Assembly (NCBI GenBank): GCA_024228495.1
Contig: JAAETJ010001012.1
Location: forward strand, 1,434-65,433
Length of the DNA stretch: 64,000 bases
Origin: a bacterium
GTDB taxonomy: Bacteria > Pseudomonadota > Alphaproteobacteria > Rhizobiales > JAKIUO01
Reading direction: 5' to 3'
How positions within the stretch are numbered: position 1 is the stretch's first letter; each line of letters begins with the position of its first letter. The notes below the pieces were generated by a model that had not been told where the DNA came from, did not search any database, and saw only the letters and a program-made list of their open reading frames with translations. The position numbers and the translations under genes are program-made. Shown piece by piece: positions 1 through 8,942 of this stretch.

Positions 1-5
1 ATGGT

Positions 6-1619
6 TCATAGCTTGCCGTCATAAGCTTTGCGACCAATAGGGGTTGCGATAATTGTGAAACGATCCCCGTCTAATGCTTGCTGCAGTTCTATTTCCAGAT
101 CAGTTTCGCTGGCCGCGATTACCCCATTGCCGCCCATGGCAATGGCGACCTTTGCGAAATCTGTCTTGCCAAAATCGACGCCGAGGTTTTGCCGCCTGGT
201 GCCTCTTTGTTTCAGTTCAATCAACGCAAGAGAGGCGTCTACAAAAACGATAACCACCAAAGGGATTTTGAGATCGCGCATGGTGGCCAGTTCGCCCAGC
301 ACCATTTCAAGACCTGCATCACCGGTGAAGACGATCATCGGTGCGTCAGGTTTGACGAGCTTATAGCCCAAGGCGAGCGGCAAGGCACATCCCATCGTGC
401 AAAGACCGGTGGATTGCAGCAAGGAGCGTGGCTTATGACATTGCCAAATTTGCGATAGCAAAATCCGGTGGGCACCGGTATCTGCCGTGGCGATGGTGTC
501 GAGGGGCGCAATCCGGCGCACTGTTTCAATGACCGTTGCTGGTCCCCAGCTTTCGTCAAAACGAAAACGCTCGCTCAATTGTTGTTGCGCTTGCGCCATT
601 TTACCGCCGGGCCAGCTTGTCTCCTTGGGTTCCAGACCATAGCTTAACGCCTTTAGCCCTTCTTTTATGGAGCAGATAAACGAAAGATCAGCGTGATGGA
701 CATAGTGAGTATTTTCGATCAAACAGATCTCAATCGCCTTGGCCGGGTCCCACGGATTGATCCAGCCATCACGCATTTCGATGGGATCATAGCCAACGGC
801 CAGCACCATGTCAGCGCTCTCTAATAATGGCAGCACCACTTTATCAGAGCGCTGCGACAGGCCATGTCCGCCAAGCGCCAATGGATGGTTTTCTGGTAAT
901 ATACCTTTGGCCTTGTAGGTAGTGACAAGGGGGATCTGGAACCGCTCAACGAACTGCTTGAGCTCATCAGTCGCGCCGTCATCATACAGCACATCAAGCC
1001 CAGCGACCATAATCGGCTTTTTGCTGGCGGCAAGTTTGGCGCGCGCCTCTTGCAACTGGGTGGATGGCGCAGGAGTGATTGCGGCGAGGGGTTTGCGCAA
1101 GTGTTTGTTAGCAGTTGCATGGAAAGCGGTTGCTACGCGGATCGGAATATCGATATAGACCGGCCCCGCTCGTCCATCTGTTGCGATCGTAATGGCCTTG
1201 TCGATCATCAGATCACTAGCGCCCTCAACGGCAGTGAAGGTCGCCTTGGTGATGGGTGCCATAACGGCTTTATGATTAAAAACCTGATGGGTGAAGGAGA
1301 GCTGGGTGTCCTCATCAATACAACCGGACAACACGATCAATGGCACGCGGTCCTGCTGGGCATTTGCAATGACATTGAACGCATTGGCAATGCCGGGACC
1401 GACCGTTGCCAGCAAAATACCCGGTGCGCCGTTGGCATGATGAGTGCCCTCGGCCATGAAGCCAGCGGCGTTCTCGTGTTTGGTCAGGGTAAAGCGAATG
1501 CCCGCACGAGCCAGTGCTTCCATCATGGCCAGCACCTCTCCGCCGGGAATGCCAAAGGCATGGCGGCATCCTGCCTCAAAAAGCCTCTGGGCAATGATAT
1601 CAACTGTCGTAAGGGTCAT
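6..1619 (-). CDS. Thiamine pyrophosphate-dependent enzyme (acetolactate synthase-like superfamily), function unassigned
   Basis: N-terminal FGIPGGE and KHENAAGFMAEG motifs, TVGPGIAN, QSTGLCTMGCALP; atypical ThDP motif GDAG...VFVD. Start taken at ATG 1619 (MTLTT) behind GAGGCAGGA; ORF track starts at 1658. Confidence 0.8.
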   Translation of the reverse strand: MTLTTVDIIAQRLFEAGCRHAFGIPGGEVLAMMEALARAGIRFTLTKHENAAGFMAEGTHHANGAPGILLATVGPGIANAFNVIANAQQDRVPLIVLSGCIDEDTQLSFTHQVFNHKAVMAPITKATFTAVEGASDLMIDKAITIATDGRAGPVYIDIPIRVATAFHATANKHLRKPLAAITPAPSTQLQEARAKLAASKKPIMVAGLDVLYDDGATDELKQFVERFQIPLVTTYKAKGILPENHPLALGGHGLSQRSDKVVLPLLESADMVLAVGYDPIEMRDGWINPWDPAKAIEICLIENTHYVHHADLSFICSIKEGLKALSYGLEPKETSWPGGKMAQAQQQLSERFRFDESWGPATVIETVRRIAPLDTIATADTGAHRILLSQIWQCHKPRSLLQSTGLCTMGCALPLALGYKLVKPDAPMIVFTGDAGLEMVLGELATMRDLKIPLVVIVFVDASLALIELKQRGTRRQNLGVDFGKTDFAKVAIAMGGNGVIAASETDLEIELQQALDGDRFTIIATPIGRKAYDGKL

Positions 1620-1660
1620 TCCTGCCTCTTTATACCTTCGTCTAAACCCTCGGAACACAG

Positions 1661-2863
1661 CTATTTTTCCAGATAGCCATCGCGGGTTTGGGGAAATTTT
1701 CGTCCAAATAATTGTGTTGCCAGTACGGTTTTTAGTATTTGCGCGGTGCCGCCGCCAATAGTGAACATGCGCGCGTCCCGCACCATGCGCTCCAAGGGTC
1801 GGTTGCGCGAATAGCCGGCAGCGCCAAATATTTGTAAGGCGTCATTGCTGACTTTAATCGCGGTCTCAGAGGCCAGTAATTTGGCCTGTGCGGCCATGGC
1901 AATATCAGGAAATCCGCTTTCTCCTGCTGATGCCGCCGCGCGCCAGATCATCAGCCGTGCCGCATCAAGAGCGGATGCCATATCGCTTATCATCCATTGC
2001 AAGCCCTGAAATTCGCAAATTGGTCGGTCGAACTGCTCGCGCGTTTTGGCATAGCCCAGGGCCAGCTCATATGCCCCAGTAGCAATGCCAAGCGCCACTG
2101 TTCCGGCACCAACACGCTGGCCATTATAGGCATTCATTAGTCCGGCAAAGCCGCGCTCCACACCCTTTGGTGGGGCCACTAGCATATCGTTATCAATCAC
2201 AAGATCGTTGAAATGGATCTCCGTTTCGGGGATGCCGCGCATTCCCATGGCTGGTTCCCTTGTACCGATGGTCAGCCCTTGCGGTGTGCCGCAGTCCGGG
2301 TCATGCACCGCGATAAAACCACAGATTCCCAGTTCAATACCGCTCTCATCAAAGGCGCGGGCAAAAATGAAATACAATTTCGAGACACCGCCACCAGTGA
2401 TCCAGTGCTTGGTGCCGTTTAAAATCCATTTATCACCCTTTTTGTCGGCCCGCGTTGTCATGTGTGTGGCGGCCGACCCGGCATTTGGCTCCGTGATGCA
2501 GATCGCTGGCTTGTCTCCCGACAGCACGAGTGCAGCCGTCAACTGCTTTTGCTTTTCGCTGCCATATTTCATGATCGCCCCGACGGCACCCATATTGCCT
2601 TCGACGACAATCCTTGCCGTGACACCGCAGGTCTTGGCGATCTCTTCGACGACCAGCACAGCTTCGAGATAGGAAAACCCTTGCCCACCATATTGCCTGG
2701 GAATGATCATGCCCATATAGCTGTGTTTAACCAGCGCCTTGACATTGTCCCATGGATATTCTTCCGTTTTGTCGATCTGCGCCGCTCTTGGTGCGAACTC
2801 GGTCTGCGCCAGTTTTTGCGCCGCTTGCTTGATCCTTAATTGCTGCTCGTTCAATGCGAACAT
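1661..2863 (-). CDS. acdA: 3-sulfinopropanoyl-CoA desulfinase (acyl-CoA dehydrogenase fold)
   Basis: Matches recalled AcdA motifs: EEYPWDNV, GDKPAICITEPNAGSAA, HWITGGGVSKL, AYNGQRVGAG, RDARMFTIGGGTAQI (no catalytic Glu of true ACADs), C-terminal PQTRDGY. Start overlaps upstream stop (TAATG). Confidence 0.85.
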   Translation of the reverse strand: MFALNEQQLRIKQAAQKLAQTEFAPRAAQIDKTEEYPWDNVKALVKHSYMGMIIPRQYGGQGFSYLEAVLVVEEIAKTCGVTARIVVEGNMGAVGAIMKYGSEKQKQLTAALVLSGDKPAICITEPNAGSAATHMTTRADKKGDKWILNGTKHWITGGGVSKLYFIFARAFDESGIELGICGFIAVHDPDCGTPQGLTIGTREPAMGMRGIPETEIHFNDLVIDNDMLVAPPKGVERGFAGLMNAYNGQRVGAGTVALGIATGAYELALGYAKTREQFDRPICEFQGLQWMISDMASALDAARLMIWRAAASAGESGFPDIAMAAQAKLLASETAIKVSNDALQIFGAAGYSRNRPLERMVRDARMFTIGGGTAQILKTVLATQLFGRKFPQTRDGYLEK

Positions 2864-4116
2864 TATATATGCTCCTTGTTAACTTGGGCGACTTCAATCA
2901 TATTTAGCTTGTTGAGCTGATCTATTGCCCGATCATCCAGTCCCAGCTGCTCTTTGAGAATTTCTCTTGTATGCTCGCCGCGCCTTGGCGGAAAAGTGCG
3001 ATAGCTGACCGGGGTTTTTTCAAATTTTAGGGGATTGGCAATGAGCGCCACCTCTTCGTCGATCATCTCATGGCTCATATTGATCACCATATCGCGGGCT
3101 TTGGTATGTTCATGGCCAAGGCTTTGATCGATAGTTTGTACCGGCCCGCAGGGGACGCCATTTCGCTCCAGCTCATGGAGCCAGAACTCACTGGTTTGCT
3201 GACGGGTTAACTCCTCGATAAGCGCCACGAGTTCATCGCGATGGATGATGCGCGCCGGGTTGGTGGCAAATTTTTCGTCTTGCGCCAGTTGCGGGGCGTC
3301 AGCACAAGCGCAAAATTTCTCAAACTGCGTGTCATTGCCGACCGCCAGCATGAAATAGCCGTCACTGCTGGCAAACACCTGATAAGGCACAATATTGGGG
3401 TGAGCGGTGCCACGGCGCATGGGTACCTCGTTTGAGACCAGATAATTCGTGCCCTCATTGATCAGCCAAGCCAGCTGGGTGTCATAAAGGCTGACATCAA
3501 TAAATTGACCTTCTCCGGTTTGATTGCGGTAGTGCAAGGCGGCCAACACGGCCTGGCTCGCATACATGCCGCACATGACATCGGCAATGCCAACGCCGAC
3601 CTTCACAGGGGGCCCATCTGGTGCGCCCGTAATGCTCATAATGCCCCCCATGGCCTGGATCATCGCATCATAACCTGGCCGGTGAGCGAGGGGACCGGTT
3701 TGACCAAAACCGGTAATGGAACAATAGATCAAATGCGGATTGACCGATGCCAGCGAAGCGTAATCTAGATGATATTTTTGCAATCCACCGACCTTGTAAT
3801 TTTCCACCAGAATGTCGGTTTTGGTGGCGAGTTTCGTGACGAGTTCTTGCCCTTTTTTTTGCGAGAGATCAATTGCCACTGAACGTTTGTTGCGATTGGC
3901 GCACAAATAATAACTTGACCACCCTTCAAGGGATGGATCGTTCGCCTCAATATTGGGAGGTCCCCATTTGCGAGTGTCATCGCCATTACCGGGACGCTCA
4001 ACCTTGATCACATCAGCGCCCATATCTCCCAGATTCTGGGTGAGCGAGGGGCCCGCAAGGATACGGCTCAGATCAAGAACCTTGATGCCGCTTAAGGGGC
4101 CGTTATGAGGAGGCAT
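2863..4116 (-). CDS. Family III (CaiB/BaiF) CoA-transferase, candidate 3-sulfinopropionate CoA-transferase
   Basis: GPLSGIKVLDLSRILAGP, ADVIKVERPGNGDDTRKWGPP, NRNKRS, ITGFGQTGP, GYDAMIQ, catalytic Asp in IADVMCG. Likely start ATG 4116 (MPPHNG); translationally coupled to acdA. Confidence 0.88.
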   Translation of the reverse strand: MPPHNGPLSGIKVLDLSRILAGPSLTQNLGDMGADVIKVERPGNGDDTRKWGPPNIEANDPSLEGWSSYYLCANRNKRSVAIDLSQKKGQELVTKLATKTDILVENYKVGGLQKYHLDYASLASVNPHLIYCSITGFGQTGPLAHRPGYDAMIQAMGGIMSITGAPDGPPVKVGVGIADVMCGMYASQAVLAALHYRNQTGEGQFIDVSLYDTQLAWLINEGTNYLVSNEVPMRRGTAHPNIVPYQVFASSDGYFMLAVGNDTQFEKFCACADAPQLAQDEKFATNPARIIHRDELVALIEELTRQQTSEFWLHELERNGVPCGPVQTIDQSLGHEHTKARDMVINMSHEMIDEEVALIANPLKFEKTPVSYRTFPPRRGEHTREILKEQLGLDDRAIDQLNKLNMIEVAQVNKEHI

Positions 4117-4300
4117 GAAAACATACTTTTTAAACGTTGCCGGTCTGTTGGGATCAGCATACGAGGATATCACATAAAATAAAAGCAAGTTTATATGGAA
4201 TTAATTATTGACATCTAACCAAAGAATTTGGTGGTTCGGACAATAACAAATTCAACCAGATAACCATTAATCAGGCAGTCAATTGCCTTTGACTGCTGGT

Positions 4301-5578
4301 CTAAATATAATCCTTGCCTCGCAGCGAATTGAAGAACCGCTTCAATATCCCCCCGCGATTGCCCCCATAAGTGTGATGCTGCGAGATGCTATCACCATTC
4401 AATATTGTGGCTGCTGGTATGGCCGCTGCCATTTCCGGCTGCGTTTCAACGTGCTCGCTAGCTTCTGGAACGCTTGGAAATGACTGTTTTTCATGTGCCT
4501 CACCGATCTCGTCCGAGGGCTGTTCCACCAGCTTAACCTCTTGCGGAGCGGTTTCCTCATCCTGCATGACAATGCCCGCCGTACCGATTGCAGCAGCCGC
4601 TGCTCCAGCGGCAACTACGGCTTGCGTATCCACATCAACGTCAGAGAGCAGATCGGCGATCTGTGCACTTTCATCTGGAGCAGGTATATCGGGAATGGCG
4701 GCTATTTCGACTTCCGGTATCACGGTTTCCTCTGGAACGACTTCGATCACTGCCTCGGGGATCTCTTCAACCACAAGTTCAACCGGTTCTGGCGCAACCT
4801 CGGGAATAGCCGCGATTTCAACAGCCTCCGACACCTCAGCAATCTCCACCACAGGCTCAATTTCCGGCACAGCGATTGTCTCGATATCCGGCTCTTCGAT
4901 TTTGGGTGCAGCTTCGAGAACCACCTCGGACATCTCAACTTCTGCCACGTCAGATAAATCTATCTCCGGCTCAATGGCCTCAATATTGATCGCTGGCAGT
5001 GCCGCATCGACCGGTTCAATTTCAACTTCCGGGATTTCAATCAATTCAATTTCTTCGGCAATTTCGCCGGTCTCAGCGGTTTCAGACGAAAGCTGATCCG
5101 CGACCATCGCAGCAGCGACACCCGTTACCGCCGCACCTGTCGCCACGCTTGTCAGATCCAGTCCACTTTCTTCGACATTTTCTACAACACTTTCTGGGGC
5201 GCTTTCTGAAACGGTCTCTATTTCAGATTCGATAGCTGGCTGTACGGCCTCAAGCTCACCTTCCACGCAACCGACCTCTCTATCCTTCCACCAGTTCGGA
5301 AGGACCTGCTGGGCGTTCGGATTGATATTTTGAGTATCCAAAGCTTGCGCAACCGGCTCTTTTGTAGCAGCAACGGGCGCTTCACCACCATCACCACGTA
5401 GCACTTCGCTCACAGCACTCAGTTCTGCGCTCGACATGTCTCGCTCTTGAACCGCTTCGGCAATTTCATCAAGCTTTTGAATTGCCATATAGTGTCGATT
5501 ACCTATCAGTTTCTCATCAGCTTCTTTTCTTAACTCGCGGATTGTATCCAGGAAATTATCTTTTTCCGGCGTATCCAT
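4301..5578 (-). CDS. Hypothetical highly acidic, Glu/Pro/Ala-rich protein with helical N-terminus and amphipathic C-terminal helix
   Basis: Long ORF; GGAGA upstream of ATG 5578; central E/P/V/I repeats; ends GGILKRFFNSLRGKDYI. Confidence 0.7.
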   Translation of the reverse strand: MDTPEKDNFLDTIRELRKEADEKLIGNRHYMAIQKLDEIAEAVQERDMSSAELSAVSEVLRGDGGEAPVAATKEPVAQALDTQNINPNAQQVLPNWWKDREVGCVEGELEAVQPAIESEIETVSESAPESVVENVEESGLDLTSVATGAAVTGVAAAMVADQLSSETAETGEIAEEIELIEIPEVEIEPVDAALPAINIEAIEPEIDLSDVAEVEMSEVVLEAAPKIEEPDIETIAVPEIEPVVEIAEVSEAVEIAAIPEVAPEPVELVVEEIPEAVIEVVPEETVIPEVEIAAIPDIPAPDESAQIADLLSDVDVDTQAVVAAGAAAAAIGTAGIVMQDEETAPQEVKLVEQPSDEIGEAHEKQSFPSVPEASEHVETQPEMAAAIPAATILNGDSISQHHTYGGNRGGILKRFFNSLRGKDYI

Positions 5579-5790
5579 ATTATCATCTCCCAATCGTTCC
5601 CAGTTCGGCCTGTGGGTTCATTGCTGATCCACGGCTCCTCTTCGCAATTATTAGCTAAGCCACGGATTCCTCTTTTTTGTCATCCGTGTGTTTATTTCAA
5701 TCCCTATCCTTTTTAGCGGGTTAAACGGGATTTGTATATGGAAGAAGAGGAAAGCTCAACATCAGCATTTCGCAAGGATCGACAACACAA

Positions 5791-5823
5791 AACAAGAGGC
5801 GCATTGTTCAGACGCCTCTTGTT
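5791..5823 (-). terminator. Rho-independent terminator after the DUF1223 gene
   Basis: Inverted repeat AACAAGAGGCG...CGCCTCTTGTT followed by a T-run on the minus strand. Confidence 0.65.
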
Positions 5824-5867
5824 CGGTTTTTTAGACCCGTTTCCAGTGAGAGAGGAAAAAAACGAGA

Positions 5868-6689
5868 CTACCAGTCATTCATTTCAACGGCCGCGACTAT
5901 CGGGCCGCCATCTCCATCTTGCAAAAGAATAACACAACCATCTATGTTACCCTGCGAAATATGTTTTTTCGGCAATTTGACAGTCATTTTTTCGCCGTTC
6001 CAATGACCGATAGGCGTCAGGTTGCGGACCACATTATGATAGGTCAACAGCTTGCCGCGATTTTCGCCGCGGCGGATTTCGACACTTTCCTTCTTTGAAA
6101 CAAGCGCCATCCAAAGGGTAGCCTTTTTTTGCGGGCGTTTATTTTGCATATCGCCAACGGTGATAATAAGCGTGCCATCCTTGCTCCCAACACCAAGATC
6201 CACGGGAGGGTTTTTGGCCCGTGCCGCACGGCGTTTTTCAATCATTTCTTGAATGGCGCTCTCGTCGGCCCCATTATGATGCGAGAGACCATCGACAACC
6301 ACTTGTGGCGTATAAACATGACCGACGCGAAATTGTCTGGCATAGGAATGCTGGCGCTTGGTGAATTTTGCATGGCCAAACGTATCACGCCAGCCAAGAT
6401 AGTCCCAATAGTCAACGGACATGGAAAGAGCAATAATGTCTTCTTGAGCAATGAAAGTGGGAAGTAGAGCATCGGCGCTGGGGCATGAGGAACAACCCTG
6501 CGAGGTATATAGCTCAAGCAATATCTTGGAGGTACCATGGCGGAATTTCAGCATTGGGTCACCAGGAGCACTCATAGCTGGTAGCGTCATGAACAGTGAT
6601 ACCAACAATGCTAGGCCGTAAGCGCCTAACCTTGATAGAAAACATTGCGAATACTGGCTTATCTTCACGATTTGGCGTAATTTAAGCAT
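5868..6689 (-). CDS. DUF1223 thioredoxin-like secreted protein
   Basis: LLELYTSQGCSSCPSAD, VDYWDYLGWRDTF, VYTPQVVVDG, RGENRGK..YHNVVR; N-terminal signal-like segment. Confidence 0.88.
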   Translation of the reverse strand: MLKLRQIVKISQYSQCFLSRLGAYGLALLVSLFMTLPAMSAPGDPMLKFRHGTSKILLELYTSQGCSSCPSADALLPTFIAQEDIIALSMSVDYWDYLGWRDTFGHAKFTKRQHSYARQFRVGHVYTPQVVVDGLSHHNGADESAIQEMIEKRRAARAKNPPVDLGVGSKDGTLIITVGDMQNKRPQKKATLWMALVSKKESVEIRRGENRGKLLTYHNVVRNLTPIGHWNGEKMTVKLPKKHISQGNIDGCVILLQDGDGGPIVAAVEMNDW

Positions 6690-6907
6690 CGTCTCCTCAA
6701 AGCTCCCTATATATTTCTCAAGCCCTCAATTCTATTCGTGCAGGTTCGTTCACATCAATGTCAGAAATCTTTGGCAAAGCTCCCAGCAGAAGAACAGTAT
6801 CCTAAAACCGAGGATCAATTGCCAGTAACAAGTGGGTGAAGAGCCTTGTTTCAAGGGGATATCTGCCAAAAAGTGCCCCGCAGGTCGCTATTATTAGGGG
6901 GGTTGCA

Positions 6908-6936
6908 TTGCCCATTTGGAAGCACCATACTATAAT
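6908..6936 (+). promoter_or_regulatory. Sigma70-type promoter upstream of the Bax inhibitor gene
   Basis: TTGCCC-N17-TATAAT, about 90 nt before ATG 7023. Confidence 0.55.
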
Positions 6937-7022
6937 CGAGTTAATGCGTTAGCATTTTTGAGAACCCCGCAATCACCTATATTGACGGGTTTAACACACA
7001 AATAAAGAGGTTTTTAGTCACC

Positions 7023-7799
7023 ATGGCGGAATTTGACAATCAGGGATATGCGCAATCAGAAGCTGGTTCGCGCACTTCGTACGATGCGGGCCTGCGCGCC
7101 TATATGTTCAGTGTCTATAATTATATGGCCATTGGCATCGCCCTCACCGGCGTTATTGCCTATGCGTTTTTCAGCATGGCAACTACCCAGGACCCTTCAT
7201 TGGCAGTGGCATCGTTGGGCAATGGCACCATGCTTACTGAACTTGGTCGCACAATTTATATCTCTCCCCTGAAATGGGTCTTGATGTTTGCACCACTTGG
7301 AATGGTCATGCTGTTCGCTGCCACCGCCCATAAAATGAGCCCTTCTATGGCTCAGATGGTCTTTTGGGGCTTTGCAGTGCTGATGGGAATGTCACTATCC
7401 TCCATCTTTATTCGCTATACTGGCACCTCAATCTCACGCGTGTTCTTTGTCACTGCGGCTTCTTTTGGGGCGCTTAGTCTTTATGGCTATACCACCAAGA
7501 AAAACCTGTCTGGCTGGGGCACCTTCTTGTTTATGGGCGTGATCGGCGTGATTATCGCTTCCATTGTTAACATCTGGCTGCAGAGCTCGGCTCTGCAATT
7601 TGCCGTTTCGACGATCGGTGTTCTGGTGTTTGCTGGCCTCACCGCCTACGACACACAGCGTATCCGCGAAACATACCAATATGTTGCTCATGATGCAGCT
7701 GCCGTCAAAAGCGCCGCCATCAACGGGGCTCTGTCGCTCTATCTGGACTTCATCAACATGTTCTTGATGATGCTGTCATTATTCGGCGGCGACGAATAG
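7023..7799 (+). CDS. Bax inhibitor-1/YccA family membrane protein
   Basis: YDAGLRAYM..VYNYM, YGYTTKKNLS, GLTAYDTQRI, GALSLYLDFINMF; about 7 TM segments; GAGG upstream. Confidence 0.92.
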   Translation: MAEFDNQGYAQSEAGSRTSYDAGLRAYMFSVYNYMAIGIALTGVIAYAFFSMATTQDPSLAVASLGNGTMLTELGRTIYISPLKWVLMFAPLGMVMLFAATAHKMSPSMAQMVFWGFAVLMGMSLSSIFIRYTGTSISRVFFVTAASFGALSLYGYTTKKNLSGWGTFLFMGVIGVIIASIVNIWLQSSALQFAVSTIGVLVFAGLTAYDTQRIRETYQYVAHDAAAVKSAAINGALSLYLDFINMFLMMLSLFGGDE

Positions 7800-7819
7800 C
7801 ACAAGTCACAAGTGATATA

Positions 7820-7857
7820 AAAAGAGCCCCGGTCAGTCATCTGGCCGGGGCTCTTTT
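7820..7857. terminator. Bidirectional rho-independent terminator
   Basis: AAAAGAGCCCCGGTCAG...CTGGCCGGGGCTCTTTT between convergent genes. Confidence 0.85.
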
Positions 7858-7910
7858 GTTTGGGTGTTAGCTGTTAGGCGTGTCAAGCAACCGCCTATAT
7901 CGCAAATCGG

Positions 7911-8285
7911 CTAGACCATTGCCAGGCGGGGTTTTGGTTCGAGGATCCGTAGCACCATCTCCAGATCGCGGCCACGCTTCAATATTTGGCCTCCCGGAGC
8001 GATCACACTATAAACGCCTTGACGTCGCGCCAATTTAGGATTTTTTTCGACCCGATAAAGCGGCACTTCGCTGGCATGGCGAAAGATCGAGAACACCGCC
8101 CGTTCCTTCAGCATATCGATCGCGTAGTCGCGCCATTCACCCGCCCCTACCTGCAGCCCATAGAGCCCCAGGATCAAGTCAAGCTCGGTCCGATTAAAGG
8201 AAACCACCTGCTCCTCATGTGAGCACCTGGTGCCGCTCACATGGCCGGTGCTCAGCTTTATTATTATTGGGTCACCTTCGCTCAC
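7911..8285 (-). CDS. DUF2794 domain protein
   Basis: FNRTELDLILGLYG..V.AGEWRDYAID, AVFSIFRHASEVPLYRVEK, QILKRG; GTG start with GGAGG. Confidence 0.9.
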   Translation of the reverse strand: MSEGDPIIIKLSTGHVSGTRCSHEEQVVSFNRTELDLILGLYGLQVGAGEWRDYAIDMLKERAVFSIFRHASEVPLYRVEKNPKLARRQGVYSVIAPGGQILKRGRDLEMVLRILEPKPRLAMV

Positions 8286-8476
8286 AACGCCTCCTGCTGA
8301 ATTGCAATACTCTACCTGTAAGAGTGCGCCCCAATGATCCGCGGGTCAAGCGCACAAGCTCTAAGGGCCGCTTCTCAATTGGGTAAATATTAACAAGGCC
8401 GTAAAACCTACGCGAAATCATCACGAAACTGCCCTATTAAAGTCTTTAGGGAGCCGCAATGTAATGATCTCTTGAT

Positions 8477-8654
8477 GATGTTGCAGATGTTCGGCTTCCG
8501 GGACTAAAGACGATTTTGGAAAATAGCCCCCAAGCCCCTTTCCAAGGCCTGACCTGGAAGTCGAACCGCAACAGATCTTTTAAAGAGCGCTCCACTCCCT
8601 TTTTGTGATCCCGATGTAGAGTTACTCAAGCTGGCGTCCCCAACGCCAGCTTTT
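8477..8654 (+). ncRNA. Putative structured sRNA, copy 1 (C-rich loop)
   Basis: 14-bp stem 8489-8502/8553-8566 (two G-U), outer stem TGTTGC/GCAACA, inner stem TTGGAAA/TTTCCAA with loop ATAGCCCCCAAGCCCC; orphan terminator 8628-8654 between divergent genes. Ends approximate. Confidence 0.65.
8628..8654 (+). terminator. Orphan rho-independent terminator (end of putative sRNA copy 1)
   Basis: AAGCTGGCGT-CCCCA-ACGCCAGCTTTT; no plus-strand CDS upstream. Confidence 0.75.
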
Positions 8655-8769
8655 GTGTTATTAGGGCAACGGTCTGGTAAATCGCGCCCAATATTACAAA
8701 CTGGTAAGTATTACCACAGTCTCGCCCTATTTTTTCCGCCGTTCCGCCCCATTCCATTGCCAAAAAACA

Positions 8770-8872
8770 GATGTTGCCTGGCTCGGTTTATCCTACAGGT
8801 TTCGGATTTAAAGCCCCCCAGCCCCTCCGAACCATCAAGATGAACCGGGCCTTCAACGCTCCCCCCCTTTTT
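8770..8872 (+). ncRNA. Putative structured sRNA, copy 2 (paralog of copy 1)
   Basis: Starts GATGTTGC like copy 1; 13-bp stem 8780-8792/8839-8851; inner stem TTCGGA/TCCGAA with loop TTTAAAGCCCCCCAGCCCC; ends GCTCCCCCCCTTTTT. Confidence 0.55.
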
Positions 8873-8942
8873 CATTGTGATTTGCTCTCAACTCACCTAA
8901 AACCTTGTGAAATATTTTATTGAACAAGGGAATTGAACGGCC

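Noticed and set aside
8874-8902. Possible RpoH promoter for htpG (ATTG-N18-CCTAAA)
   Set aside because: Biologically expected, but both elements and the spacing deviate from consensus, so it is too weak to call.
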